Source: Chiloscyllium plagiosum (Eukaryota). Taken from it: a DNA stretch of 64,000 nucleotides. This document shows, in pieces, positions 1 to 12,784 of the stretch (position 1 is its first letter; every line of letters starts with the position of its first letter). Under the pieces are notes generated by a model. It did no database searches. It saw nothing but the letters and a program-made list of their open reading frames with translations, and was not told where the DNA came from. Made by a program: the position numbers and the translations under genes. Location: positions 17,337,875 to 17,401,874 of the forward strand of contig NC_057718.1 of NCBI RefSeq assembly GCF_004010195.1. The letters run 5' to 3'.

Positions 1-224
1 TTTGGCAAATTGCTGGATTATTTCCTCAAACATTGGTGAAAACAGGGAATGTTAGGAAGATTAGAACTACCAGAAATTAAATTGTTCTGCTGTATCAAAT
101 GTGGCTGAGGGAGACCTTTGTGACTTCTCAGGGAGAAGTGGAGAAACATCTGAGGCATCAAATGGTTCCAGGGTTGAGAGAGGTCCATTGAGACTGTGCT
201 GACTTTCTGAAGTTTCAATTCACC

Positions 225-400
225 CATCTTTTCCCTGTAGTTCAACGAAGGTTTCCTTTTCAGATAACGATCCATTTCCCTTTTGAATGCCTCAGTTGAC
301 TCTGACTCTGCCACATTGTCAGGCAGTGCATTCCAGATGCTAACCACTCACTCGGTGAGTAATATTTCCTTCTGGGACCATTGTCAATTGCCTTCAAGAT
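225..400 (-). mobile_element. CR1 LINE 3' remnant
   Basis: Minus ORF IWNALPDNVAESESTEAFKREMDRYL is the CR1 ORF2 C-terminal motif. Confidence 0.75.
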
Positions 401-1343
401 GGAAAGACAAAGTGAGCCAGACACTGGGATGTGTTGCATCAGCAAAGTGTCACTGCGTCTGAAATGGAAGAATATTTCTGTGAATCTTTCCCAGATTGTC
501 ATAACTTAGTGGAAGGGAAAAGTGCAGAGTATTTGCCTCCTCTCTAGAATTTTATTGATCACCATCTTCAGACAGACACACCAGTAAAGCAGCTAACCAT
601 CACAAAGGAGCTCCAACATGAACAGACCATCCATAGGAAATACATGGCAAATTAATTATTCTTTTGAATTTCTATTTTATGTTCCCACTCCCCTGCCTAT
701 TTTAGCCATGAATCTTGAGTGGAACATTCTCATTAAAAATACTTCCTGAAGTCAAGGTGCATAAAGTTGATGGGCCTGCCATTGATTATTCACTTTGAAT
801 GTCTTAAAAAGCAATAATAAATTCATTGAACTCGACTTGTTTCATAATTTCAAGTTGGGTTGGATTTATCAGCTATTATTCACCATACAATCGAATTGCT
901 TCTGTTATAATGGGAACCAATATATTTCCCACTAAATGTGCCTGGCAAATAGATTTATACTCCACAGGATCATACATTTGGCCTTTACTAAAAGATTGGG
1001 ATAACATGGATTAATTTCTGATCTTCTAACATAATTCCTCAGTTAAATAAGCTTTTTAAAAATGTTTATGTTGTTGGGCTAAGCCAATAATAATAACATT
1101 GGAATAACCAATAAAAGTATGAATAAAATAATATCGAGCCTGCTGTCTTTCCCAAGAATGATTCTAACATTCTGAGTTGCTGCTTAATGCATTCTATTGT
1201 AAAATGTGGCTGAATCTTTCGAGTAAAATGTAAAGGAAAGTAACCTTATGCAACATTGTTATTACTCAGACAATAACTTCAGCAGCTTTAAAACTACAGC
1301 ATATAATATATTGGTTTGCAGTCAAACTGGCCCTTTGGAAGTT

Positions 1344-1484
1344 AAGAGCTGAAAATGTGTTGCTGGAAAAGTGCAGCAGGTCAGGCAGCATCCAAGGAGC
1401 TCCTTGGATGCTGCCTGACCTGCTGCGCTTTTCCAGCAACACATTATCAGCTCTGATCTCCAGCATCTGCAGTCCTCACTTTCT
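1344..1484. mobile_element. Miniature fold-back Penelope-like element, family A
   Basis: 55-bp inverted arms (1345-1399 / 1400-1454, 2 mismatches, no loop), a 30-nt tail, and TSD CCTTTGGAAGTT at 1332-1343 and 1485-1496. Confidence 0.85.
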
Positions 1485-1669
1485 CCTTTGGAAGTTTAAG
1501 ATGGATTAGACTTTCTGGTGTAATTTCAGACCAAATCCTACCCAATTAATGACTAACACAAATCAAACTAATGAGGTGAGATGAATAATCAAAGTGGGCC
1601 CATCCCAGCATTTGGTGAACTACCTATCAGTTTTAGAGCTTATCACTCATCGATGTTATCTTTGCTTTG

Positions 1670-2310
1670 ACAACTGTGGCTCAGTAAACTGCAGAATCAC
1701 TTCTAAAGTAGAAAGTTTTGGGTTCAAGACCAGATCCAGAAAAACTGATTGCTGTAACATAATCCCTACACTGTCAGAGGCCCTGTTTTATGATGCCTAA
1801 GTGCAGAAAGAGGCCATTAGCCCATTAAGGCAGCAACAACCCTTCAAAGAGCATCTCACCCCTTCTACCTTTAACCCTGCATTTACCATGGCTAAGCCAC
1901 CACGCTATAGAACAAATTAGGATGCCCAATCCACCTAACCTACATATCTTCAGACTATGTTAGGAATCTGGAGCACACAGTAGAAACCTACACAACACAA
2001 GGAGAACATGCAAACTGCACACAGACAATCACAGAAGGTTGGAACTGAAGCCAGGTCCCTGATGCTCTGAGGCAACACTGCTAACCACTGAGCCACCAAA
2101 CCACACCGTCACCTGCATAAGTTGTTAAACTGAGGCTGCTCTACTCATTCAGATGGATTTTAAAACATCCCATGAAGAAATCAATTTGATCTATTCCCTG
2201 TCCCCTGCCAATATCTATCCCTCAACTATTACAGATTATCTGGTCAATGTCACATTTCTGTTTATGAAAGATTTCTGTGTGCAGCTTAACTGCCTTGTTT
2301 CCTACATTGT
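1670..2310 (+). mobile_element. Decayed Deu-domain (SacSINE1/AmnSINE-like) SINE split by an HE1 SINE
   Basis: tRNA-like head (GGCTCAGT...GGGTTCAAG) at about 1678-1730. The body resumes at about 2122 (TGTTAAACTGAGG...AACATCCCATG...CCAATATCTATCCCTCAAC). Confidence 0.5.
1800..2100 (-). mobile_element. HE1/V-SINE type SINE
   Basis: Reverse complement reads GGTGGCTCAGTGGTTAGCAGTGTTGCCTCA...GTTTGCATGTTCTCC..., the same family as 12155, 18578, 27770 and 63665. Confidence 0.8.
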
Positions 2311-3764
2311 AAATCTAAATGTTTTCTTATCAAAGGATAACTTTGTACTTTCGTCGGACTTTATCCTGACTTCCACAGCAGCAGCTGATTACAAGATGGC
2401 AAAGGGATTGGGCAGATGGTGTTGGAGGGAAGCCAGCCCAGCTTTATCAGACACAATTCTCCGACTCGAGATCAAACAGAAGAGCTACCCGCCGCACTCA
2501 ATAAAGCAAGACAAGGTGTGACTGAAGGCAATGAGCAGCACAGTGTGTAACACAAATTTGTGAAACATAAGCCTGTTTGAACAAACCATTGTGACCCATT
2601 TTTTGTGATAACTGTTTTAAGAGGCAATGACCATGGTGTTGTAAAGGGGGACATCCTCTCAGTGATAGCACCTGATCCTGAAGGCTCAGATGTCCAAGGT
2701 TTGAGGGCTATTGTAAACCATAATATAAATGCTCCTGGTGGATTATTATTAAAAACTGAAACATCACCAAGAACACATACACATTTATTACCCAGAGCAG
2801 TACCAAGATCAAAAAGCTATTATTTTGTCATTTGATTATAGGACAACAATTGAATATTGCCATACACCTCTCTTTTAAACAATATTCAATATTTTAAAAA
2901 ATCCAGCATTTAAATTCACTCATTTCCTTTATGGCCTTCTGTTGTGTGAGATTGCCTTTACTATTTGGGCAAATTCCTTCAACATCAATCAATTGCATTT
3001 AGCAGTTGTCAGGTAACTCACAATCCTCTATTGCATCAATTAATCCAGTAAATGAGCCATCAAAGTGTCCAATCCATCAATAAAATTGTCAATGGAAATG
3101 TTTCTATTGCACAATAAATTTTCTTTCCGCATGTAGCACAGGGTGAGAGTTGCAGCTTAAATGCGAGTTGTCAGTCTGCCATCCACTTATCCTGGGAGAA
3201 GTGGTATGCCTCACTCGAAGTTGGCACGATGACATGAGCTGCAATTGCTGCTACAATAGTCAGAAGTACTTTTAGTTTTTGGCAGTGGATACTACTTGGA
3301 CCCATCACAAGGTTTTCTCTATTTGTATAGGACTGAATGTCTACGGAGATGAGTACAATTTGATAGAAAGCAAATGAGGACAGTGTCAACACTTACAGAA
3401 AGATGGTTCTCATCGTTGTATAAGTGATCACAGTGCGGTTACCTCAGTAATTGAAGGAATAACTGTGAGTAATGCTAACATTTGATGACGCTGGATCATT
3501 GTAGGAGGTGAATGAAAACGGGCTTTATTACAGGCTGGGAGTGTTGTGTGATCTTCACTGGGACTTGAAGGCCACGTTAGCATGATTTCAACTTTTCCAA
3601 ATCTACTACTAGAGATGGATTTAAACTCAGAGATGGGTACAGTCTTTATATTTCTTACACATTTGTTTCTTAGATATAAAATGCATGAATGCAGGAAAAC
3701 TGAACATATAATAAGATTAGAATCACACATCGCCATGCTATCGTCCAACAGGTTTATTTGGAGG

Positions 3765-3799
3765 CACTAGCTTTCGAAGTGCTGCTTCTTCATCAGGTG
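3765..3799 (-). ncRNA. Minimal type I hammerhead ribozyme motif (family B), intact core
   Basis: Minus strand reads CAC CUGAUGA AGAAGCAGCACUUC GAA AGCU A GUG: stem I CAC/GUG, stem II GAAG/CUUC, palindromic AGCU. Confidence 0.7.
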
Positions 3800-6086
3800 G
3801 TTGTGGAGCAGGACCATAAGACACAGAATTTATAGCAAAAGGTTACAGTGTCATGCAGCTGAAATATATTAAACAAATCTAGATTAAGTCTTTCATCTTT
3901 CAGAATGGTCTTGCTGGTTTTGGTTCGTTAATATGTAAATCCAGGAGCTCCTTTTAAGTCCCATTTTCAAGATAACTTCATGTTTTCTAACACAAGGTGT
4001 CATCTCAGCTCAGACAATGCATGAATATATGAAGTTAACGTCTGTCTCTGTACCAATCTTGAGTCTGACTGGTTCTATTTCTAAAGCGGGATTTCCAGAA
4101 TCTTACATGTATTGACTGTAGGTTATGAATTTTTGAGCAAAATAAAATATAATTCTGCATATATGGATTCACACAATAAACTTATATTTGTGTGCGTACT
4201 GGAGAGACAGAGTGAGTGTGTGCATGTGGGTGTAAGAGGTTGTGTATATGTGAGTGTGTAAGCTTGGTAAAGTATGTGTGTGAGTGTGATGGGGTATAAG
4301 CCTGTGAGAGGGTATATGTGTGGGTGTGAGTGTGGGGTGTGTACGTGTGTACAGATGAGAGAGAGTTTGTGTATGAGAGAGGGTCTGTGTTAATGTGTGA
4401 GTATGTAGGAGTGTGTTTGTGCACGTGCACTTGTGTGTGTGAGAGAGTGTATGGTGCAGTGGGGTCACCTGTAGTGTGACATGAACCCAAGGTCCCAGTT
4501 GAGGCCATCCTCATGGGTACCGAACTTGGCTATCAGCCTCTGCTCGGCCACTTTGCTTTGTTACTTTCCTGAAGTCTGTCTTGGAGAATGGTCACCCGAA
4601 GGTCCGAGGCTGAATGTCCTGGCCTGCTGAAGTGTTCCACGACTAGGAGGGAACACCCCTGCCTAGTGATTGTTGAGCGGTGTCCATTCATCCGTTGTCA
4701 TAGCGTCTGCCTCAGGGCATCCTTGCCTGCAGCATATGAGGTAGACAATGTTGGCCAAATCACATGAGTACCTGCCGCATATAGGGTGGGTGATGTCCCC
4801 ACATGTAATGGTGGTATCCATGTCGACAGTATAACATGTCTTGCAGCGGCAGCCATGACAGGATTGTACGGTGTTGTGGTCAATGTTTTCCTGAAGGCTG
4901 GGTAGTTTCCTTTAAGCAACCACCAAACCTTAAACAGATCATTGTTCACAGCAAACAGCTCAGGCTTCAGGACAATATCAACCACAACACTGTACAAACT
5001 TGTCACGGCAGCTGCCACAAGATGTGTCAGAGTGTCGACACAGATACCAGCATTACACATGGGAACATCACCCACCATATACGCGACAGATACTCATGTG
5101 ACTCGGCCAACATTGTCTATCTCATACCCTGCAGGCAAGGATGCCCTGAGGGATGGTACATTGCAAGACTAAGCAGACGCTACAACAACAGATGAATGGA
5201 CACTGCACAACAATCACCAGGCAGGAGTGTTCCCTCCTAGTTGTGGAACATTTAGCAGGCCAGGATATTCAGCCTTGGACCTTCGGGCGACCATTCTCCA
5301 AGTTGGACGTCAGGACAAGCAACAACACAAAGTGGCCAAGCAGAGGCTGATAGCCAAGTTCGGTACCCATGAGGATGGCCTCAATCGGGAGCTTGGATTC
5401 ATGTCACAGTACAGATGACATCACAGCACTATACACTCTCTCTCACATACAAAAGTGCATACACACACTCCTACATACTGACACAATAACACAGACCCTC
5501 TCTTGTACATAAACTCTCTCTCTCATCCGTACACATGTACACACCCCACACTCACACCCACACACGCACCCTCTCACAGGCTTGTACCCCATCACACTCA
5601 CACGCATACTTTACCAAGCTTACACACAAACATACACACAATCTCTCATGCACTCACACCCACACACTCACATGCACACACTTGCTCTGACTCTCCAGCA
5701 TGCACACACATATAAGTTTATGGCTGAATCTGTATTTGCAGAATTATATTTTATTTTGACCAAAAAATGCATAACCTACAGTCAATCCATGTAAGATTCT
5801 GTAAATCCCACTTTAGAAATAGAATCAGTCTGACTCAAGATAGACTTCAACCTCACACCTTTAATATATTACCTAAGCTGAGATGTCACCTTTTGTCAGA
5901 AAATCTGAATTTATCTTGAGAATGTGACTTAAAAGGAATTCTGGGATTGACATATTAATGAACCAAAACTAGCAAACCAATTCTAAAAGATGAAAGACTT
6001 AATGTAAGTTTGTTTAATATATTTCAGCAGCATGTCACTGTAACCTTTTACTATAAATTCTGTGTCTTATGGTCCTGCTCCACAAC

Positions 6087-6121
6087 CACCTGATAAAGAA
6101 GCAGCACTTCGAAAGCTAGTG
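6087..6121 (+). ncRNA. Hammerhead motif (family B) with mutated core CUGAUAA
   Basis: CAC CTGATAA AGAAGCAGCACTTC GAA AGCT A GTG; mirror image of 3765-3799. Confidence 0.6.
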
Positions 6122-6879
6122 CTTCCAAATAAAACCATTGGACAACAACCTGGTGTTGTGTGATTTTTTATTTTGTCCACCCCAGTCCAACACCGGCTCC
6201 TCCAAATTATAAAAAGCTTGTGACACCTGTTTTCTGAAATGTCACATGCTATGCAGAAACACACTACTGACAGGCAAACATTGTAAAAATAGGTCCCCCA
6301 AGCTCATGCACCCAAATTACTCTCTGGTACACTTAAATTTTGGGGACAGAATTATGATGCCACAGTTCAAGTTGCTTTGAATATTTATTGGAAGTTGCTT
6401 CTTTGGCAAAATTCATACCTTATGAATTGCAGTACACACTTCATCAACATAGAATGCGCACTTTGGAATTTCTGGGATAGGTAGGCTTCTTAAAGGGGTG
6501 TGCTTTGTGAGTTTATTTGGTCCACACAGAGCATTTGGTCTGCAATTTATATGAACTTTAATTTCCTTTACTTTCCTTCCTTATTCTTGATTGCTGACGG
6601 CATTTAATATTCAAAATGATGATAAAAAATTCCTGTGGCTGTGGACAGGTTTCGACAACCCAGCATGATTCAGGTGAGGAAGTAAATCTAGTGCCTTTTG
6701 TTTTTACCCATCGCTACCTTATGGTTTGCAATATCAGCTTCCTTAAACAGACCTGGACTTGTCAGAGGATTGAAAAAAAAGTGATGTAAGAGTCTAAACA
6801 AATGTTGATCTTTATCTCAAAGAGTCTGGAATACAGAGGATTAGAAGTTCTGTCACAATTTAATAAATCTCTGATTTAA

Positions 6880-8370
6880 GAAGAGAGTGAAGTGATTGCT
6901 GGGCCCCTTGCTGAGATATTGTATCATCAATAGCCACAAGTCATGTGACGGAAGACTGGTGGTTGGCTAACATTGTGCAACTATTTAAGAAAGTTGGTAA
7001 GGAAAAGCCAGAAAAATGTGGACCAGTGAGCCTGACATCAGTGGTGGGCAAAGTTTTGGAGGGAAACCTGAGGGACAGGATTTACATGTAATCAGAAAAG
7101 CAAGGACTGATTAGGGATATTCAACATGGCATCGTGTGTGGGAAATCTTGTCTAACTAATTTCATTGAGTTTTTTGAAGAAGTAATGATGAGGGCAGAGC
7201 GGTAGATGTGATCTATATGGACTTCAGTAAGGCATTCAACAGGGTTCCTCATGGTAGTCTGGTTAGCAAGGTTAGATCACGTGGAATACAAGGAGAACTA
7301 GCCATTTGGATATAGAACTAGCTCGAAGGTAGAAGACAGCGGATGATGGTGAAGGGTTGCTTTTCAGACTGGAGGCCTTTGACAAGTGGTGTGCCACAAG
7401 GATCGGTGCTGGGTCCACTACTTGTCATCATTTATATAAATGATTTGGATATGAACATAGGAGGTATAGTTAGTAAGTTTGCAGATGACACCAAAATTGG
7501 AGGTATAGTGGACAGTGAAGAAGCTTACCTCAGAGTACAAGGAGATCTTGATCAGATGGGCCAAAGGGCCAAAGAGTGGCAGATGGAGTTTTATTTAGAT
7601 AAATATGAGATGCTGCATTTTGGAAAGGCAAATCAGGGCATGACTTATACACTTAATGGTAAGGTCGTGAGGGGTGTTGCTGAACAAAGAGACTTGGAGC
7701 GCAGGTTTGTAGCTCCTTGAAAGTGGAGTTGCAGGTAGATAGGATAGTGAAGAAAGCATTTGGTATGCTTGCCTTTATTAGTCAGTGCATTGAGTATAGG
7801 AGTTGGGAGATCCTGTTACGGCTGTACAGGACATTATTTCAGCCACTTCTGGTCTCTCTGTTATAGGAAGGATGTTGTGAAACTTGAAAGGGTTCAGAAA
7901 AGATTTACAAACATGTTGCTAGGGTTGGAGGGTTTGAGCTATAGGGAGATGCTGAATAGGCTGGGGCTGTTTTCCCTGGAGCACTGGAAGCTGAGGGGTG
8001 ACCTTATCGAGGTTTATAAAATCATTAGGGGCAGGGATGGGGTAAATAGACAAGGACCTTGCCCTGGGATGGGTGTCCAAAACAAGAGGCCATAGGTTTA
8101 AATTGAGAGGGGAAAGCTTTAAGAGAGATCTAAGAGACAACTTCTTCATGCAGTGGGAGGTGCATATATGGAATGAGCTGCCAGTGGAAGTGGTAGAGGC
8201 TGGTACGATTACAACATTTAAAAGGCATCGAGATGGGTATATGAATAGGAAGGGTTTAGAGGAATATAGGCCAAATGGGACTAGATTCATATCAAATATC
8301 TGGTTGACATGGACAGGTTGGACTGAATGGCCTATTTCCATGCTGTATATCTCCATGATTCTATGATTCC
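6880..8370 (+). mobile_element. CR1 (HER1-like) LINE, 5'-truncated, decayed RT
   Basis: [11 protein letters not shown] and KFADDTK motifs, LRGDLIEVYK, WNELP, and a CTATGATT-like tail. Confidence 0.95.
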
Positions 8371-8849
8371 AATATTCCTGTGAGTTTGAGTTTTGTGTGT
8401 GTGTGTAGCTGTGCAAACTCTCAAGTTTTCCTCTTTATGATGCTACACATATGTGTTGACATAAAATAATTAAAAGTACTGCACACTAAAATAACACAAC
8501 AAAAATATCGGGTGAGGTCATTGGTCTGGAAAGATCCCATTTAATGTACTGCATTGAATACTGACCTCCATATCTCTTGAGGCTTTTAAGGTGATGCAGC
8601 ATAGATTCATTAGAGTGATTCTGAGACTAAAAGTTTCAAATCTGAGCCCAGGTTGCACAGACAAGGCTTGTCATCTCTTAAATATCAAAGATTAAGATCT
8701 GGTCTCATTAATATGCTTAATATAATTAAGGGGTTTGCTGGAGTAGATATGGAGAGCTTATTAATTTTGCCGGAATGTCCAGAGTAGTTTATAGGGAATA
8801 CAAACTTTAAATTTAGAATAAGTGAATTAATGAGTGATGTATGGAAACA

Positions 8850-9300
8850 GAGTTTTCAATAACAACTTGCTTTTATATTGCTCTGTTAATGTAGAAAACA
8901 TGCAAGATACTTCACGGAAGTATCGGACAGAAAAGAAGCACCAAGTCAAAAAAAATGTGAGAAGGGAGTGACTAAAAGATTGGCGATAGGAAAAAGGTTT
9001 CATAGAGATTCTAGGGGAGTCAGAGAGATGAAGAGATATTGGGAGGGAATTCTTGCAGACAGCTGAAGATGCAGCTACTGAAAGCGGGTTAAAGTGACTG
9101 GTGAATCTATAAAGGTGAGAATAAGAAAACAACAGAGTTTGCAGAGGGTTATGGAAGATTTTTGATGATGGAATTCACACATCCAAGGTGCAGTTTAAAT
9201 CTGTGGACGAAAATCTTAAATTGGTGGAGTTGGGTGACTAGAAGCCAATGTAGATAAGTAAGTACAGGCTTATTGGATGAAATGGAACTTTGATTAAGAG
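8850..9300 (-). mobile_element. Old L2-clade LINE 3' remnant
   Basis: Minus translation PVLTYLHWLLVTQLHQFKIF resembles the L2 ORF2 C-terminal PVLxxLHWLPV...FKI motif. Confidence 0.55.
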
Positions 9301-9694
9301 TCTTTTCTTTACAGTTTCCCCAAACTGCGTTGGATATGTGCACATTGAAACCTTTCTCATGGTTTCAGGAGATTACAGAATTAGTTAATATTCTAACACT
9401 TTGTCACAGTGATAATAATTGTAGTTGTGGCACAAAATAATTATTGGTGAATGCCAGCTACATGACAAACAGTTGAATAACAATTTTCTCCCATCTCATT
9501 TACTGTTTACCAACTAAATGAGACCATAAGAAGTAGGAACAGGAGTAGGCCATTTGAACCTTTGAGCCTGTTCCACTTTGCAATATGAACATGGCTGATC
9601 CAATATTGCTCACATCCACTTTCCTGCATTTTCCCCCATAATCTTTGATTTTTCTATGATCAAAAATACAATCAAAACCCTACTTAAGGGAAAG

Positions 9695-10020
9695 TGGTCT
9701 GGTAATGGTAATGTCATTGAAGAACCAATCCGAGATGCCAGGCTATGTTCTGACATCATGGTTTCAAACTCTACTATAGCAGATGGTGAAATTTGAATTC
9801 AATAAAATCTGGAATCCAACAATGTGGTCGATTTTGAAAATCTATTTGTTTCACTAATTTCCTTAAAGCAAGGAATTCTGCCACCCTTACCTGGTCTGGC
9901 CTACATGTGACTCCAGGCACAAAGCAATGTGATTGCTCTTAGCCAGCCTCTGGGCAATTAGGGATGGGCAATAATGTTGGCTTAGCCAATTATGCCCACA
10001 TCCCACAAGTGAATAAAGTG
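9695..10020 (+). mobile_element. tRNA-derived SINE (same family as 13625-13930)
   Basis: GGTAATGTCATTG...GGTTTCAAAC head and CCTTACCTGGTCTGGCCTACATGTGACTCCAG body recur at 13625-13930. Confidence 0.65.
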
Positions 10021-10179
10021 AGAGGTGGCAACTTTCCAAAGGGGCAGCTGAAAAGCACATTATTTCTGGTTGCAATGAAATTGCCATGTCCTGGGACTGA
10101 AGGCAGACAGGAAGTTCAGCAAGTAATGAAAATCACGTGACCAGCCCAATTCCTCATTTAAATTAAAAGCAGGAGTAGC

Positions 10180-10590
10180 CCTTGAGCCTGTTCTGCCCTT
10201 CATGTCTGATTACTTGACCTTCCTGCTGGCCCACAATACTCTTTCACCCCCTTTCGTCTCAAGAATTAATCTACCTCTGTTTTAAAAACATTAAAAGAAT
10301 CCACTTCCACAACCTTTTTGAGAAAGAGGTTTACAAGGTCTACAACTAGCTGTGAGAAGAAATGCTTCCTCATCTCCATCTTAAATGGATAATCCCTTAT
10401 TTTTAAAGTGACTCCTGATTTAGAATCTCCCACATGGGAAATCATCCTTTTCCCATGCAGCCTCTCTAGACCCCACAGGATCTTGTATGTTTTAATTGTT
10501 ACCTCTTCCTCTTCTTAACTCCAGTACACATCAGCCTTGTCTGTTCATCCTTTCCTCATCAGACAACCATCTATCCCAGGTCTCACTTAG
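10180..10590 (-). mobile_element. Old CR1 3' remnant
   Basis: Similar to the reverse complement of other CR1 3' ends (GAAGAAATGCTTCCTCATCTC...); a related tail lies at about 9522-9660. Confidence 0.55.
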
Positions 10591-11034
10591 GAGGTCTGAG
10601 CCATTTCAAGTGGGCTTGGCCACATTACCATGTCACAGACAGTACACCCTAAATGGGCATCTTGCTATTGATTGCTTGCTTGCTTGCTTCAGTGAGAGCA
10701 ATATCAGCTGACCTGGAAGGTAACCTGAACCAAGATATGGAATGGGTGAAAGGTGGAATGGTGAGTGGGCAACTGGGTAGGTCCTCAAGGTGGTAGCAGC
10801 CTATATTGTTCATGTGAAGTCCAGAGAAGTCTGATTCTTCTGGTTCCACTAAAAATGTTATCACTTACTTATTCAGGTATTACTGAGTGAAGCTTCAAAG
10901 ACACATGTTCCATCCAGTCAACTGGTAAAATTGAAGAATGCATTTTAAAGATATAAAACACGTTATACAAAAGATCATGATATTGTACGTGCTCAGTATT
11001 CATAAATCATGAGTTCACATTTCAGGATGAGAAG

Positions 11035-11170
11035 ATTCTGAAGAAGGATCACACTGGACCCGAGTTATTAGCTCTGCTTTCTCTGCAGATATGTTGCCAG
11101 ATTTGCTGGGTTTTTCCAGCAATTTCTGTTCTTGTTTCTGATTTTCAGAATTTGCAGTTCTTTGGATTTT
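11035..11170 (+). mobile_element. Penelope-like 3' terminus, family C, decayed hammerhead
   Basis: TTCTGAAGAAGGATCACACTGGACCCGAG followed by the family tail (CAGATATGTTGCCAGATTTGCTG...CCAGCAATTTCTG). Confidence 0.6.
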
Positions 11171-12154
11171 TTATAAACTCATAAATAATGTTCTCATTAA
11201 GAATCAGTGATTACAGTGAGAGACACTTCCAGTTAGGGCTTGTTGCGTTGTACATACCCTGAGTATGCTCTGAACCATTCTTGTACACTGATCCATCTGC
11301 TACAAAGACAATACAGTCAGTGTGCCAGACTGTACAGATTGCTTCATGCATACTGCACAAAGAGCACCCAATCAATAGGCTGCATGCCAGATATATTACT
11401 GAACTGCAGGGAGGTCCTTTTGTAAGTCAATCTCTTATGTTATTACAATGACAAAGTCATTAATATTCATTGCAACATTATCCCTGAATGTGGTAATCAA
11501 TTAAATGTATTTCCTACATATTGTACAGTCTCCATCACATGCCCCACCCACCCCATGCTCTCAAAATGCCTGAGGATATTAAAAATTATAATTTTGATAG
11601 TTAGCAATCAGAAGAGATAGAATCTATTCCCTTGGAAGTGTGTCTCTCAGCGTGAGGTTGCTGCAGAAGTTGTATCCAGAGTCCTCTTATAATAAGCTGT
11701 TATGAGTCTCCATATAGAAGCCCAGGGGCTGCTACCGATTGCATCCAATATCATCAGATGTGCTAAACGCTGAAATGCAAATATTTAATTCTTAAAGATG
11801 TTATTGGACAAATCAGTCAAGCGGATTAGGAAAATGATGTAAACTCTGTATGATAGAGAATTTGTTAGCTTTGAATGGTTGAGAGTTTAACAAAGATCAA
11901 CTGTTTGACAAGTGGCAGCAGGGATTGTATAATTGTGTCATTTCAAACAAATCTGAAAAATAACAACTGTTTAATATTCAGCTGTAATTCTTTTTTGCTA
12001 GAAGTATAGAGGCATTTGTAAGAGAGATCTGCATTTTATGTTTACTTGCATTCATCTCATCTGACTTTGTTGATGATTCCAACTTACTTTTACTGTTCAC
12101 GTTAATTTGTGAAACTTTGCTGCCTTTATTGGTTAGATAGTGTGGCACTGCTGC

Positions 12155-12430
12155 TAGCACATCATGGTGATTCAGTGAATTGCTGCCTCACAGTGCCAAA
12201 GACTTGGGTTTGAATCCACCCTTGGGCATCAGTCTGTGTGGAGTTTCCATAGGTCTGCGTGGATTTCCTCCGGGTGCTCCGGTTTCCTCCGACGGTCTAA
12301 AGATGTGCAGGTTAGGTGGATTGGCCATGGGAAATGTAGGGATAGAGTGGGTCTGGGTGGGATGCTCTTCAGAGGGTTAGTGTGGACTCAATGGGCCGAA
12401 TGGCCTGCTTCCACGCTGTTATGATTCTAG
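12155..12430 (+). mobile_element. HE1/V-SINE type SINE
   Basis: GCTGCCTCACAGTGCC...GGATTTCCTCCGGGTGCTCCGGTTTCCTCC...GATGTGCAGGTTAGGTGGATTGGCCATG plus a CR1-like tail. Confidence 0.85.
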
Positions 12431-12784
12431 GTGCTCCTGTTAGTTGAATTGTAAATAACATGGACTCTATCACACAGCCTTGCTTGACTGCAGTTCAGAT
12501 TTTGAAAATATTTGTTACAGATCTCCTCCTCAAGACAGTAACTAAAGTCTTAGTGTACATAACAAATGTCATCACACTCGGGGACTGCAGGAAGACTTGC
12601 ACTGTGTATCAGTGACATAAAGAATGTTAAAGATATCCACCAGTAATGCCTCCACCACATTTTCTATTTAAATTAACTTCAATGGACTATACACCCCGGC
12701 AGAATCCGTTTTTTTCAAGTCTCAAATAGCCAAAGTTCTGGGAGAGGATGGGGGTTGGGGGGTGCAGATAAAGAAAATGTTCCC

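Larger units (their letters stand above)
3718..6208. mobile_element. Large inverted-duplicated Penelope-like element (family B), 5'-truncated arms joined at about 4908
   Basis: The right arm encodes a decayed GIY-YIG endonuclease (FKQPPNL...C..C..C...YSCDSANIVYLIPC...WYI / TKQTL..MNGH / LIAKFGTHEDGLN). The left arm 3718-4908 is its diverged reverse complement. Both arms contain a CA-rich 3' region and a hammerhead motif. Confidence 0.9.

Noticed and set aside
4169..5794. His/Thr-rich ORFs
   Set aside because: Translations of the CA/TG-rich low-complexity 3' region of the PLE arms.
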